Assembly: GCA_039096225.1 (NCBI GenBank)
Contig: JBBPEB010000002.1
Coordinates: forward strand, 1,240,001 to 1,304,000
Length of the DNA stretch: 64,000 nt
DNA from: Blastocystis sp. Blastoise
Taxonomy: Eukaryota; Protista; Bigyra: Opalinata
Direction: 5' to 3'
Positions 14,095-30,174 of the stretch are shown here, piece after piece. Below the pieces are notes generated by a model. The model was not told where the DNA came from. It did not search any database and saw only the letters and a list, made by a program, of their open reading frames with translations. Numbering within the stretch: the first letter of the stretch is position 1; every line of letters starts with the position of its first letter. The translations under genes were made by a program, and so were the position numbers.

Positions 14095-15030
14095 GGACAA
14101 GAAAATGGTCCGCCAGTGACAATTTTCTGACATTCATAAGAATGGCAACTTTATCATAATTCATATTCAATTCTATGTTCTTTCGAGTCTGTGAATTCGT
14201 TAGTATACGTGAATAATTCAATTAAGCAAATTGCCGAACAAAATTAAAAATGATTGTCCTAGATATTGTGGATAATTTCTTGAATATGTTATAGAAAGTC
14301 TTAAATTATCAGTTAATATACAAATAAAACATCTTACTATCAATTTCTTAGATATAAATATATAAATATAAAACAACGAATTTATATGAGTGTCTACACA
14401 ACATTATACCAAGTTTATTTTTATTTTTGTGGTATAAATTACTTTCGTCGGTATAAAAAAAATTAAAGACCGATTTTTTCGTAATTTTGGTATAAATTTA
14501 TGGGGAACCTGGTATAAAAGGGAAAAAGCTGCCCACCAGTGTAATACATTTCAAAATAAAATAATTATATTAAACATTCAAATACGATTTCTAACTGAAT
14601 TGTTTCACATTTTATTAGTTTTAGAATATCAATAAAAATATATCAAAACTTATAGGATGTATATTAGTTTATAAAATATACTATTTTTTAGCATTGTTGT
14701 AGAATAATTATATACAAAATATAGATAAGAAGATGATAATAAATATATATAAACTAAACAATTGAGAATTGCAAGGACTTACAAAAAGATTTTTGCAAGT
14801 ATTGAGTTTATAAATGTAAATATAGAGAATAAGAAAACTATTGGCAACAGAAAGAAATGAGTGAAGCAAAATATAAAGACAATGTATATAGTATAATGAA
14901 AATTATTTAAAAATATTAAAAATAAATAGTAAAAATAAAAATTAAATTATAAAAGATACATAGAGTATATTAACAATAAAGTCATAAGAATAAGGAAAAA
15001 GAATATAGGGTTAGTTAGAATATTATTATT

Positions 15031-16523
<1,493 letters not shown>

Positions 16524-17153
16524 GATAAAAGTTATTCAAGTATTTATATAAGTAACAACAAATAGATTCTTTGCTTAAATAAGTTATTCACAAAGTTCTA
16601 TCGTTGATAAAACGTTGTTAAATAAAAAATTTACATACAACTTTCAAGGAAACTGAAAAAACTGGAATCCCCAGGATTATCTCACGAATTTTGACGAAAT
16701 TTGAAAGTTTTCGACTTTGTATGATTATTATCCTAATATGTTGGTCATTTAAAGCTGGATTATTATTAGTCGTAAAGCTAATTGAGTGATGTTATAATTC
16801 CGTAATATAAAACCTAATGAAATGATAGTAAAAGGGTATACTGTTCAATTAGTTTTATTCGAACTTACTAATTGCTGTTATTATTGCTAGATATTATGAG
16901 CTATTGTAACAAGATATTTAAATAAATGATCAGGAAGATCAAAAAATTAAGATTATGAACATAGTTGTTGCTAATTTGCTTATTAAACGATATAAAAAAA
17001 TTAGATACATTGAGTATAGACTGTTTTTTTTTTGAAAATATAAAAATATAGTAAAAAAAGAGAACAAAACAAGATAAAATAACATGAAACTGAATAAAAC
17101 AAGAAATATATAATTATGAATAACTAAAATAAACACAATAGTATTATTATAAA

Positions 17154-17954
17154 TTAATTTGACTCCTCTTTTTCTTCAGATATAATCGTCCAACCCTATA
17201 ATAATAATAATAATAAACATATATATATAATATACTTTTCGTGTATATCCTTTTTGTCCCCATAATTCTAAGAACTTCCCTCTATTTGTAATTTCACTGA
17301 AATTACCTTCGGGTAATAACGTCTCAATTAACCCATATATAAATTCTATACCATTACTATCTATATATATATATATAATATATAATATAAGGAAATAAAA
17401 TGTATATTATTGTTTTAAATATTATACTATAAAATGATTACATATATATATATATATATATACATTGTTTATATTGTTCTTGAGGTTTACTACCTATATA
17501 TACATCTGTTGTACGTTGATGACGTAGTTGTAACGGTAAGAACTCAACAGCTGAAGAGAAATTACGTCTTTTCCCACGTCTGAAGAGAAGCATAGTGCGT
17601 TTCCCCGATCGAAATAATGTTGAAGAATCAGAGGAATGGAATACATTATTTGGTTCTTTATCCATCCAATTGACATTCTCAACGTAATAAAAATTCTTTT
17701 TTTCCATAATAAGAAGAATATCATGTATATATTTTTTATCTACCCAAATAAAGATCATTCCCGTGGGAATCACTGAAGAAGGAAAAGAAAGATTCGCGAT
17801 ATCTTGAGGAGTCACGTGATCCCATGGGGGATTAATTAAAATACCCTATATATAGTAATATAAATATAAATATATATAAATATAATAGATATAATAGATA
17901 TATACTTCAAATGTTTGTTTTAAAGAAGAAAATGAATAGGAACATATATCTTCA

Positions 17955-18008
<54 letters not shown>

Positions 18009-18251
18009 ATTATTATTATTATTATTATCTAATAATAATACTATATAATAAGAAACATATAAAATATTAATAAATAGAATATACTATAATACACTATAAT
18101 ATATATACAGTAATATGTGTAGATAAAGGAGGTAATAATGGTTCATGCGAAGTATAAGGACGAATAGGAGTACACCATGTCTGAGGAATATCTCTATATA
18201 TATAGGAATATATATATATATATATATAGTTATACACAGAATAATAAATAG

Positions 18252-18283
<32 letters not shown>

Positions 18284-18765
18284 TAATAATAATAACAATA
18301 TATATATATATATACTTTGGTACTTTGATGACTTCAATATCGTTAGGAAATGGATTATTACTATACTTTGTCATATTATTATTATCATCTATTTCATAAC
18401 AAATACTATATAGTATATAGTGTATTTAACACAAATACGTATAAAGGTATAAAAGTAACACCATATGCTTTTAGATATAATAATAATAATATATATATAT
18501 ATATACACATTCAAAGCTTGTGCCGTTATATCACGAATCTTGTCTTTCCACGTGCCATCACGTGACTGGTTCATAAATGAAGTTGAAACATGTGAATAAG
18601 AATGAGGAATATAATTATCATTCACACAACTATATATAGATAATAATAATAATAATAATAAATATATATATATATATATACGAGGGTTCAAATGCATATG
18701 ATTCGTCCCATTCGTCATCCGTACTATTATAACTCTCATCATCAATCATACTAAGGAAGAATAGA

Positions 18766-18803
<38 letters not shown>

Positions 18804-19260
18804 CACATTTAGAACATAAAATAATAATGTATTTAAAAAAAAAATACTTTTCTAAATAATAAGAGTCATCTAAAACGGCTTCAACAGAAAAAGAAGATGT
18901 TTTTTTAAATACTTCTTCTAAATCTTTCTCATTCAAGGGAGTATTATCTGATTTTCTATTTAAAAAGTCATATAAAAAATATAATTTGTATAAATGAACT
19001 TACTTATCACTCTCATCATCCTATATAATATAGAAAAAATAGAACAGATTCATATCAATTGAATTAATTACAATAAACAAATAAATATTTCATACATTGG
19101 TAGTAGTTTTCTCTTTTTGAATTTGTTCAAGAACTTCAAATTTCTTCATAATATCCTCAATACTCTCCTGATCATCGACATAACCAATATATAAGGAACT
19201 GTTTGGTCTAGGGTTTGATCCATCCTTTGTCTTTCGCTTCTTGGTTTTTGGAGGAGCCAT
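17154..19260 (-). CDS. MT-A70 family N6-adenine methyltransferase-like protein (possibly AMT6/7 = MTA9-type), about 11 exons
   Basis: GILINPPW motif IV, GMIFIWV, YVENVNW, LQLRHQRTTDV, LIETLLP..FLELW..RKGW. Subfamily is inferred. Confidence 0.8.
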
Positions 19261-20452
19261 CTCTCTTTTCTCAATCACTTAATAGGCTTGCAAATGAACT
19301 AAGGAAACATTTTAAATACCCACCTTTTTTTTAAACTGCAGATATTCATGTTTTTGAAGGCAATATGTTGCCTGAATTATAATTTTCCCGTGTTCATACG
19401 AGTGACATGCAATTAACTTGGTATTCATTTTTTTTTATAATTTTTTTTTTCAATTTTTCTAGAAAATCATTTATTTTTGTTAATAGATATCAGGTTCATT
19501 CAAAATTATGAAATAAAAGTGTTGAATGAAAAGGATAAAGAAATATTAAAAAGAATCAATTTATTGTAATTCTGCTTTATTTTGCTTTTCCTGCTACAGG
19601 ATTTTATTGAAAAATGCACGTATATATGTCAATGAATAATAAATGTCTTAATTTATAGATATTAGCAAATTTATTGATTATTTGAAGTAAGTTTCACTAA
19701 ATCTCTATAGTTGTCAAATAAATTGAAATTCATGCATCGTATATCTGCTATTATGTATTCATGAAGTTAATATTTGACAATAACGATGAAATTGATATGA
19801 AATTTATATAAAAGACAAAGAAAATAAAGTAATGGATGCATTTAATGTGTACCGGAAATTATAGATGTGTATAAAAATGAATTTTCATTTTTGTCTAGAA
19901 TTTTGAAAAGATATAATTGAAACAGTCTTATGAATTTATTATGAAGAGTCTATTTATAAGAATTATGAGATACTAATGCTAATAAGAGTGCTAATTTTAT
20001 TTTTGATGAATAAAAAAAGAATTAGTACTATATCTATTAATAATAAAGATTAAACTAGAATATTTATATCAATTTATTATATATTTAATAGCTGTTGTAT
20101 GTTTATATATATATAATTAAACTATATATTTTAGCAGTTTTTCATTATCAATAAAATAGAATACATTGAAACATAATGAAATCTAATTATTATTCTAATT
20201 ACTTTATAAAGCAAAAGGGTTTCATTAACAAAGAATAGAACAAAGCAATAGAAAAATGTTGCTATTTAATAGATACTCATACTAGTAGAATAATAGCTTA
20301 ATTAGAATAAACGTATATATATGTATATAATAAGATATTCATTGGAGAAAAGAAAACAAGAAATAAAAAAAAAAGTAAGAGATATATTGTAATGACAAGA
20401 CATACAATAATGCTATATATATATATATATAATAATAGTATTATTATTATAA

Positions 20453-21627
20453 TTATAATATTTGATCATTAAAAATGGTTTCAAAATTCATAATTGTATT
20501 CACTCTATTTAATTTGGTCATACCGTCTATATAATATAATAATAACAATAACAATAATAATATAAATAATACCTTTAGTAAGAATACGTTTATCTTCGAA
20601 ATTACTATATAATAATGGACCATATTTTTCAATAATAACTGATAATAAATTCTGAATCTTTTGACGGCGATCATATATTTTCTTACCTCGTTGAATATTT
20701 GTTGCTCTCCACATATAAACACTTAATTTCTTATAATAAACAACATAATACTCTATATATATAAATGGTATATATAAGTATATATATATAATAATATATA
20801 TATAATAATATATATATACCCCCAACAAGGACGCCTGCATAGAATATCCATGGAAGCATACAAACAAGGGAGAAGTACTCAATATAGGTCATACGTATAT
20901 GCTTATATGTATATAGATATACTGCATAGAGGAATGGATAGAAGAATAACAAAACAATAAATAATAATAACGAACATATTATTTTATTAGTAGCTAGAAT
21001 ATCTTTAGCTTCAATCTTTACATAGGATTTAGCAAGTGCTTTTTGTTGCTTCTTGGATGTATATATAGGGACAATAATATACATAGGCAAAGCTAATATA
21101 GTTCCTGGGAGACATATAATTCCCGTGATTATGGACATAATGAATGAAATAAATAAATTTCGTTTATATAATTGTTTTGTAGGATTACAACCTTGTTCAA
21201 CAACCTATATAAGTAAATAATAATCACGAGAATATAAATATAGTAGTTAAACAAAAAAACAAGTGATTTATATATATATATAATTATACTTGCTTATCAC
21301 TGAATCCAGTAATATCTAAATAATCGCGGTAAATATCAATTTCATTCACAACTTCCTTAACATCTTCTTCCTCACCATATTCTTTTAAACTATATATATA
21401 TAGATTTATAATAATAATAATAATAATAATAATATATATATATATATACCCTTCTAAGAAATGTCGTTGTATTTTTACTTTTTGTTCAGTCGATAGTTTT
21501 ACTTTCGTTTGTGTATATATACGTCTTGCTGTTTCAACAATAGTGTTCTCTTCCCAATCACATGCCGTAGTTGTAACAGTATTTAACGATCTACGAACAT
21601 CGTTTAAAAATTCTCCAACAACCTAAG

Positions 21628-21670
<43 letters not shown>

Positions 21671-21963
21671 TATATATATATATATATACTTCTTTCTTTT
21701 CTTCTCCTCCAAGATTATATGCTTCTGTATATTGAGTAAAAGGAATAGGATCACCGATATCCATTAATAATGTAGCTCTATATATATAGATATAAAATGT
21801 TAACAATAATAATAATAATAATAATAATAATGTTTAATAATAATAATAATGTCAATAATAAATGAATAATAGTTGAGAACATAATATATATATATACTTT
21901 CTAAATATATGTCCATGATAATAATTCATACCCACGGGAATAACAGTCAATTCTTGATCAGGA

Positions 21964-22027
<64 letters not shown>

Positions 22028-23398
22028 TAATATATATATATACTAAGGAATGAAATCCGAGTGTAAGAAGAGAAACACCCACTTTTAAGGGTAATAACTA
22101 TATAATAATAATAATAATAATTATATATATATATATATACATCGGGTCTATCATGTGACCCACCCTCAGGAAAGATCGCGACACAATTATTATCCAATAA
22201 TTTACTGTATGTATCACTAAACATTTTATGATTATCCAAATGAGGAATATACTATATATATATATTATAAATAAACTATAATATATAATAAATATCTATT
22301 TAAAACACACTTATATATTAATAATAATATACTTTACATTTATATATTCCTTGTTCTTCTTTTAATTCTTCTTCTGTTTTCACTTTCTTTTCAGTTGTTA
22401 ACTCGAGAGGAGTGAAAGGAGATTTCTTGGGTTCATCCATTCCCACGGGAATTGTCTGTGTTAATAAGATATGGGTATCATCAATAATTTTATCTATAGC
22501 TACTTTATGCTTTCCTAACTATATATATATAACACAAAACAATATATATATTTAAAACAAAAATTAATAGATAGAATCAAATAACTAATAGAAACAAAAA
22601 TATAAAATAAATAAACTACTATCTATATATATACAAGAAGACAAGCTTTAGTAGCAGTGAACTCTGTAAAATGAGTATTTGTACCCTATAAAATAATCGT
22701 GGGAATAGTTCATTTATTAAATAAATATATATATATACAATGACTTCTTTTTCATTGACTACGACTTCTCCCACGGGAATTGCAAGATCTTCAGGACGAT
22801 TTACAGGAATAATACTGTTCATTAATTTCATAAATGAACCCACAACTGGAATTTTAAAACTGGAAGCAGCACCAATAAAATAAACCTATGAATATATATA
22901 TATGTATATATATAAATATAAATATATATATAATAATAATTAAGTTAAAAAATGATACTATGATAAAAAAAAAAAGAAAATACTTTTCTTGGCATTTGAC
23001 TGGAAAGAATCATAGCATCAACAAATTGATTCGCATGAGGAGCACAAACAAGAATGACTGGACCAGTTTTAGGAATCTTTTCTTTTCCATTAATAGTAAT
23101 ATCTAAATAAAGAGAATAGAATCAGAATTTGTTTCAAAATGGAAAATAAAGTATATGTATACCTTTAAAGAAGAATTTAGTTGTCATTGTATAGATGACT
23201 TCAACAATTCTTTCAATAAGAGTTTGCCCTTTTTTGGGCCAGAGACGGTAGAACATCACAGCATAGCAGAAAAAGACTGAAATCATAAAACTATGAGATA
23301 ATTGAATATTTACTGATATAGTAGGCCGTTTCTTTGATTGAGAACAAAGAAGTTACTCTTTCCGTCTCGTCAATTACTTCTTCAACAAGAGTATTCAT
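20453..23398 (-). CDS. Glycerol-3-phosphate O-acyltransferase (Sct1/Gpt2-like), multi-exon
   Basis: APHANQFVD (HxxxxD), IPVNRPED, IFPEGGSHDRPD, VIPVGMNY and C-terminal TM helices. Confidence 0.9.
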
Positions 23399-23614
23399 TA
23401 ATTATGTATTATATATAAATAATATTTGAATAAAAAAATTACCTAACAAAAAAAAAGTTTTAGTATCTGAATTAGGAGGAGTTTTTGTGAGTGTTTTCCC
23501 TCGGAAACGGAAGAATAAATGACTGAATCTGTTTCAGCCATATTCAAGAGAACAGAGAATAATCATGGAAATGTCTGATTAAAAATTTGTTACTCTTTTT
23601 GTGTCGTTGTGAAC

Positions 23615-24320
23615 ATGTCTGTCTCTCCTATACCAGAGGTTTGTGACTACAAGAGGTCTGTCTTGGTAGATGTTGTTTTCTCAAGAGAGGCTTATTATCC
23701 TGGAAACATTATGTCGTGTATGTTAACGTTAAAGAAACCTGCTACGGCTCAGAACGATATCTATTTTGAGTGGCTAGCTGTTCAAGTAAGAAATCTATAT
23801 AATATTATTATTTTTATATACTTATTTTAAATGTGCCTTATGTTTTGTTGAATTTTATAGATTCATGGACATGTTGCAGTTGATCCTCATTTTGCATTAC
23901 TTCCTGCTACTCAATCGAAATCCAAGAAGACTCCTATGTCTACATTACCAAACATTAAAAATTTAGAGACAGATGATTGCATGTGTTTATATCAAAGTAC
24001 TCCTTTTGTCTTAGAAAGTGATTGCTATTTAGATGATCATGTCAAAAAATGTACATACATTGCTTAATATATTTTTTTAATTTTTTTAAAATTTTTTGTT
24101 GTTGTTGTTTTATTATATTCTATATATATAGATATGTTTCAGATTCAGATTCCTGAGGATGTACCTCCATCCTTAAAGTGCTCTTCTGTTAAATATTTGT
24201 ATGATTTTATATATATATATAAATGTTTATTTTATATATTTATTTTTTTTAAATTTTTTTTTATTCTATTCAAATAATAATATTTTTATTATTTTCATTC
24301 AAATAATATATATATCTATT

Positions 24321-24363
<43 letters not shown>

Positions 24364-24798
24364 ATTTATTTTCAATTATATTATCATTCCCCAATTCTCC
24401 ACCAAGAACGTATATAACAGAATTTAAAGTTCATCTGTATATATATATATATAATGATTATTTTGATTATTATGATTATTATGATATAGTAATAGTATAT
24501 ATCTATCTATCTCCATTCTTATATATATCTCTCTCTCTTAGTCCTCCTACGTATCAAGATCCTACGCATCTTTATGATTACCCCTCCTTCTTCACTCCTA
24601 TTAATACATATAAAATGGTCGATGTCTCAGATACTGATGCATATATATATTATTATTATTATTATATATTTATTTAACTATATAATGATTTAACTATTTA
24701 ACTATATTATTATTATAACTATATGACTATATATATATAGTTAAGTTTACGTGTGTCTCCTTTGTCAATTTCAATGAGTGAAACGAATCAACAAGAAC

Positions 24799-24830
<32 letters not shown>

Positions 24831-25422
24831 ACTACTATTATTCTTATTATCTTTATTATATATAGAAGATGACATATATATTAATAATGATGTTTCTATA
24901 TATAATGATAATATTCAACAAACTAAAAATATGCTTCAATCAAATGATATTATTCGTAATAATACTATTCCATCTGTGTTCTCCATCACTTGTCAAGATA
25001 AGTTAATAGGTAAGATCAAGATTAGTACGGATAACGTACATTTGGGAGAAAGTATCTTTATCAATTTTGATACTAGTGACTCTGAATTCAAATGCTTACG
25101 TGTATATATAGAATAATAATAATATATATACTATTATTATTAGTATCTTATAATTTATAATTATATATATATAAATATCTAATTAAATTTATTTTTATTA
25201 TATATTATTTTTCTTTTTATATTTCTATTATATCTCCACGGTTATTTTAAATGTAGATTTTGGTTTCCCTCCGTTTATCTCAATATTTACCCGCTATGAA
25301 TTATGTATTCTTTAAAGAAAAGACAGTTACACATATAAATATGAATACTCTTTCTAGTGGTAGATGTCCTATATATATAAGTGTTCCTTCTTTCTCTCCT
25401 CCTTCTATTACTACTCAACAAA

Positions 25423-25498
<76 letters not shown>

Positions 25499-25848
25499 TA
25501 TATGTATATATATCATTCTATTTATTTATATATATATATAATTCTATTTATATATAAAAATTTATATCATTCTATATAAATATATAAATAGTTCAATTAC
25601 GATGGTCTTTATTCTTTGTTTTTACTGTTCAACATGAATATACACAAACTCCAAATCCTGAAGATATATATACATTTGATCCTTCAACTATACCTACGTC
25701 TACTATTGAAAATATTGAATGGACTATTCCTATTACTGTTTATTCACCTGAAGAATCTGGAATTATAGAGAAAATTGGAGATATTCCCATGTTTTTAGGT
25801 GATGAAAATATATTCACTTTAAGTCCTATTAAACCTAGTATTGTCTAA
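23615..25848 (+). CDS. RGP1: RGP1-like (Ric1-Rgp1 RAB6 GEF subunit), multi-exon
   Basis: YYPGNIMSC, EWLAVQIHGH, IPEDVPPSLK..VKY, SPPSITT..QLRWSLFFVF and IEWTIPITV match the Rgp1 motif order. Confidence 0.75.
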
Positions 25849-26024
25849 TTCTATATATATCTAAATTTCTCTATTTATTTTCTTTATTATATATATATAT
25901 ATATATATATATATTTTAATATTATTTGTTATCTATATCTATTATTTCTTCAAATGTAAATTCTACTTGTATATATATACCTATTTTAAAAATTATTTAT
26001 CATAGTATATCTTCTTAATTAATA

Positions 26025-29000
26025 TCCTTAATTTAGTTCATGTAGCGTACGGTGTCTCACACACTTTCACTATTATTGACTTTGTTATTAACTTTTATTA
26101 AATAAAAATAACATCATAAAATACGGAACACAATTCTGAAAATGACTGTTAAAGAAATTTTTCGAAAACTCTAAATTTCTGGCTAAAAAACGCAAAAAAC
26201 CATTTTCGCACAAAATTTTAACCAAAATTATTGGATTATTTTTATTTTATCCAATATTCTTCATTTTTATAAAAACACACATTTTTCTATTTTCATTTTT
26301 TATTGTTTTCTTATTTTTCCTATATCTACTCACATACTCTATATTTATTTTTATAAAATTGACTTTTATTGACGGGTTAGTCTTATAAATAGTTTTGACG
26401 GGTGAATTAGTTTATATTTACAACTTGACAACATATCAATACACACATCACTAACTATAAACTCTAAAATGGTTTCAGTTGTTATGATACTGACCTCAAC
26501 TACTCTGAAACCACAATAATTCCTTTAAATAACAACAAAAGTCAAACTGATATCCGACACATTCCTTCTTTATAAACTTATTTGAGCTTTAATGTATTTA
26601 TTTAACTCTGTATCCGTCATAAATATGTTTTATATTTTAATAATATGTTTTAATAAGAAAATATTTGATAATAGAAATTTTGATGTTTTGATAGTATAGT
26701 TTGTTATTCGTCTTTCTCCTTGAGTTTTGGGTATTTTTTAAAAATAAAAGTATAATTATAATTAAGATAAGCTATTGCAGATACATATTTTTTATTTTAT
26801 CTAAATATTTAATATTGACTGAGAAACATTCATTTATATGAAACACATAAAAATGAAAATTTTCTAAAAAGGGTATAGTTTGTTATTGAGATTTCTCAGT
26901 CAATTCTTAATAAAATAAAAAGGTTAAAACATATTTAGAAACTAGACATGTCATAGCAGATACATTTTTTTTATTTTTTTAATTAATAAAAAACTCAGGT
27001 CACAAGAGTCAATAGTTGAACTCAATAAAAAAATGACTTTTGAAATTTTTCTCAAAAATTTTTCATTTGTTTTTTGTTAATATTCTCATCAATAATTAAT
27101 ATATTTGACATTTGACACTATATTGAATCACTACATATCAAAATAAACATATTTTACAATTTTATTTTGTTTTTAAAAGACTTTGACAACAGATCACCAG
27201 ACAATGTTAACTTAATAAACTCTTAAAACGTTTTAATTAGTGCTGAGAATCACGCATGGACACTATATGTCACTTTTTTACAAAAGTTAAGACAACATGT
27301 TAGACTGATACTGACAATGTTTGTCTTAAGAAGTCAGTTATGAGTCATTATGAGTTGTAAATGTTATAAATAGTGTTTTAATAAATAAATATGCTCTTAT
27401 TAGTCTTTAATTAGTGAAATAAATCGTTTAAAAAAAGAAAACATTTTTGATACTATAGTTTATTTTGACAATTTCTCCATCAATATCAATTTTTAAAAAA
27501 TAAATAAAACTTATTTACAAACTAGACAACCTATAGTTTATAAATTTATAAAAATATTATCAAAATATAAAATAACTTTTGAGATAAAAAATTATATATG
27601 CAAAACATAAAATAATTAATTTTTGAAAAAAGGGTATACTTTATAACATTAATTTCTCAGTCAATATTTAATTATTTTATATAATTTTAACAAATAAATA
27701 TAGAGAATAACACATATTAATAATATTATTTTTAATATTTGAAATTAATAAAAGAATGAATTCAATAGAGTCAATAGTATAACATGTTAAAAAACTGAAA
27801 ATTGAAAAATCATTTTTCTAAAAATTTTCCGAAAGTTGACAAATCAAATTCATATTTGACAATTAATTTTTACATATTTGATAACTAGACCTTATATGTA
27901 TTGCATATCTCAAAAAAATAGTCAAAATTGGGTTAGACGAGTGTATATATATATGCACATGTTGACTCATAATTTTGTAAAAAGTAGTTAAATGTGTCCT
28001 AAATCACATGTTAGGACAATTCTGAAAATATTATCACTCTATAATGAATTTAAAGGGTAAAATAATTTTGAATTGTCTGTTTGACTGTCTTAAGTGAAGA
28101 GATTCAATACACTTTTTATAAAAATGAGTATTAGAGTGTTTAATGTTTATAATAATAAAAGAATTGTTTGAAATAAAGGTGGTTGTGTGTTTGACCAAAA
28201 TGTTAAAATGAGTCTATTTTTCTAAAATGGTTACAATAAGTATATATTGAGTGTTTTTAGAGTGTTTCATATTAAAATCTACAATAAATAAATATTTTAA
28301 GTTGTTCAAAAAATTATTTTTTTAGAATTACAATAGTTAAGTCAAGAGATTCAAGTCACTTTTTATAATAATAATAAATAGACTTATTATAGAATATAAA
28401 ATATTAAAAATTAGTTTAATTAAACATGGTTGACTGTTTGATAGGAGTGTTAAAATGGGTAAAAAGATTTTAATTGTTTCTAAAACTGTATAATACGTTT
28501 TTATGTCACTAAATACAAAATTATTATTGTTTAAAGAATGTTTTTTGTCTTTCAAAAGAACTCATTTTTTGTAATTGTGACTTTAAACAAATGAAATTCA
28601 AGTTATTTTTTATAAATTAAAATAACAAATTAAATATATGTGTATATGAATATAAAATTAGTTAAAATAAAAGTGAGTATATGTATTTAAAAACGTTTAA
28701 ATCTTTTAGAGTTTTTTTATAATAACTTATTTGTTTTATAAACTATATTTTATGTATAATAGGTAAAGTTTCCAAAGTATTTAAATCTATTTAGTTATGA
28801 AATGAAATGTAATTTTTGTTTTATATTTTAGTTTTTATTTCTTATTTCTAGAATGATTTTGATAACACTATAAAAATTGAATTAAATTTGAATTAATTAA
28901 TTTTAAATAATGAAAAGATAATTTCTCTATAAATATTCTCTTTTACTTAAAACGAATAGATTCTATTAATGATAAATATTAAAATAAGACTCTAATTTTT

Positions 29001-30174
29001 TTGTTTATTATATAAAGTAATAAATATCTTTTAATTATTAAGAGTACTTTTGTATTAATAATTCAAACTAAAATAAGTATAATAAAAGAAAAATTATAAT
29101 ATTTATCAAATAATATCAAGATATGATTACTATTTATATAATTAAACATTTATTAATTGAGAAAAGCTGTATAATAAAATTTCTAAAATATTTATATAAT
29201 AGTATATATAAAAGGAAAGGATAAAATATAAAAAAACAAATAGATATCAAAATTATAATATTTTAAAAATAAAACAAAACAATATATGAAAAGAATAAAA
29301 AAGAATATATAATATTTTTTTAGACAAGAGAATAAGCTATTTCTCACAATAATAATTATATAGACTAATTCAAATAAAACATAAATATTTAAAGGTAGGG
29401 TATAAGTGATAATAATATGTTTTAAAAGAAAAAGTATTTTATAATCATATTGATATTATTTAAAATACTAAATATTTATAAAACTAAATGAATTGATAAA
29501 ATACATAGAAAGTTATAAATGAAATAACAAAGAAAAGTGAATTAATATTGAAAACTAAAAACTAAATAGAAATAGAAATAGAAATAGAAATAGAAATAGA
29601 AATAGAAATAGAAATAGAAATAGAAATAGAAATAGAAATAGAAATAGAAATAGAAATAGAAATAGAAATAGAAATAGAAATAGAAATAGAAATAGAAATA
29701 GAAATAGAAATAGAAATAGAAATAGAAATAGAAATAGAAATAGAAATAGAAATAGAAATAGAAATAGAAATAAGATCAAAAATAAAACGCAAGAGTTAAT
29801 TAATTATCATTGATAAACAATAAATATATATAATCAATAATAAAAATGGCTAAAAAGAATATTAAAAAAAAAAGGAAATAATACTCAAAAACATATAGAA
29901 TGTTAAGTAAGAATTATCAATATGTATGAATTAAATTATTTAAAATACTAAATTGAAAATTAAGATTAGAAGATAACAATTAAAAGCAATTGAAATAATA
30001 TTTTATAAAATATGAAATAGTTTTAATCCTAAAAAAAAATAAAAACAGAAATGAATAACAAAAACATAAGAATAAATATTCATTTTTTAAAATTCAATGT
30101 AAGATATAACAATTGAGAGATAATAATTATCTAAACTCAAGCGTAGGCTGGCGTAGCCAGTCGTGAAACGCTTG
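26025..30174 (+). mobile_element. Helitron A, non-autonomous relative of Helitron B
   Basis: Starts A|TCCTTAATTTAG, ends hairpin GGCTGGC-GTA-GCCAGTC ... CTTG|T, no TSD. The first about 2.2 kb and the last about 43 bp align with Helitron B. Confidence 0.85.
29564..29772. repeat. (AAATAG)n microsatellite inside Helitron A
   Basis: About 35 perfect units. Confidence 0.95.

Larger units (their letters stand above)
9140..14541. mobile_element. Non-autonomous TIR DNA transposon with CACTG termini (CACTA/CMC-like)
   Basis: Perfect 19-bp TIR CACTGGTGGGCAGCTTTTT at both ends, TAA on both flanks (9137-9139, 14542-14544), clustered subterminal GGTATA motifs. No transposase ORF seen. Confidence 0.85.

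Noticed and set aside
26022-26036. ATATCCTTAATTTAG at Helitron A/B 5' ends resembles U12 donor and branch signals
   Set aside because: Not within a gene, and partly made of target DNA plus the obligatory TC. Treated as coincidence.
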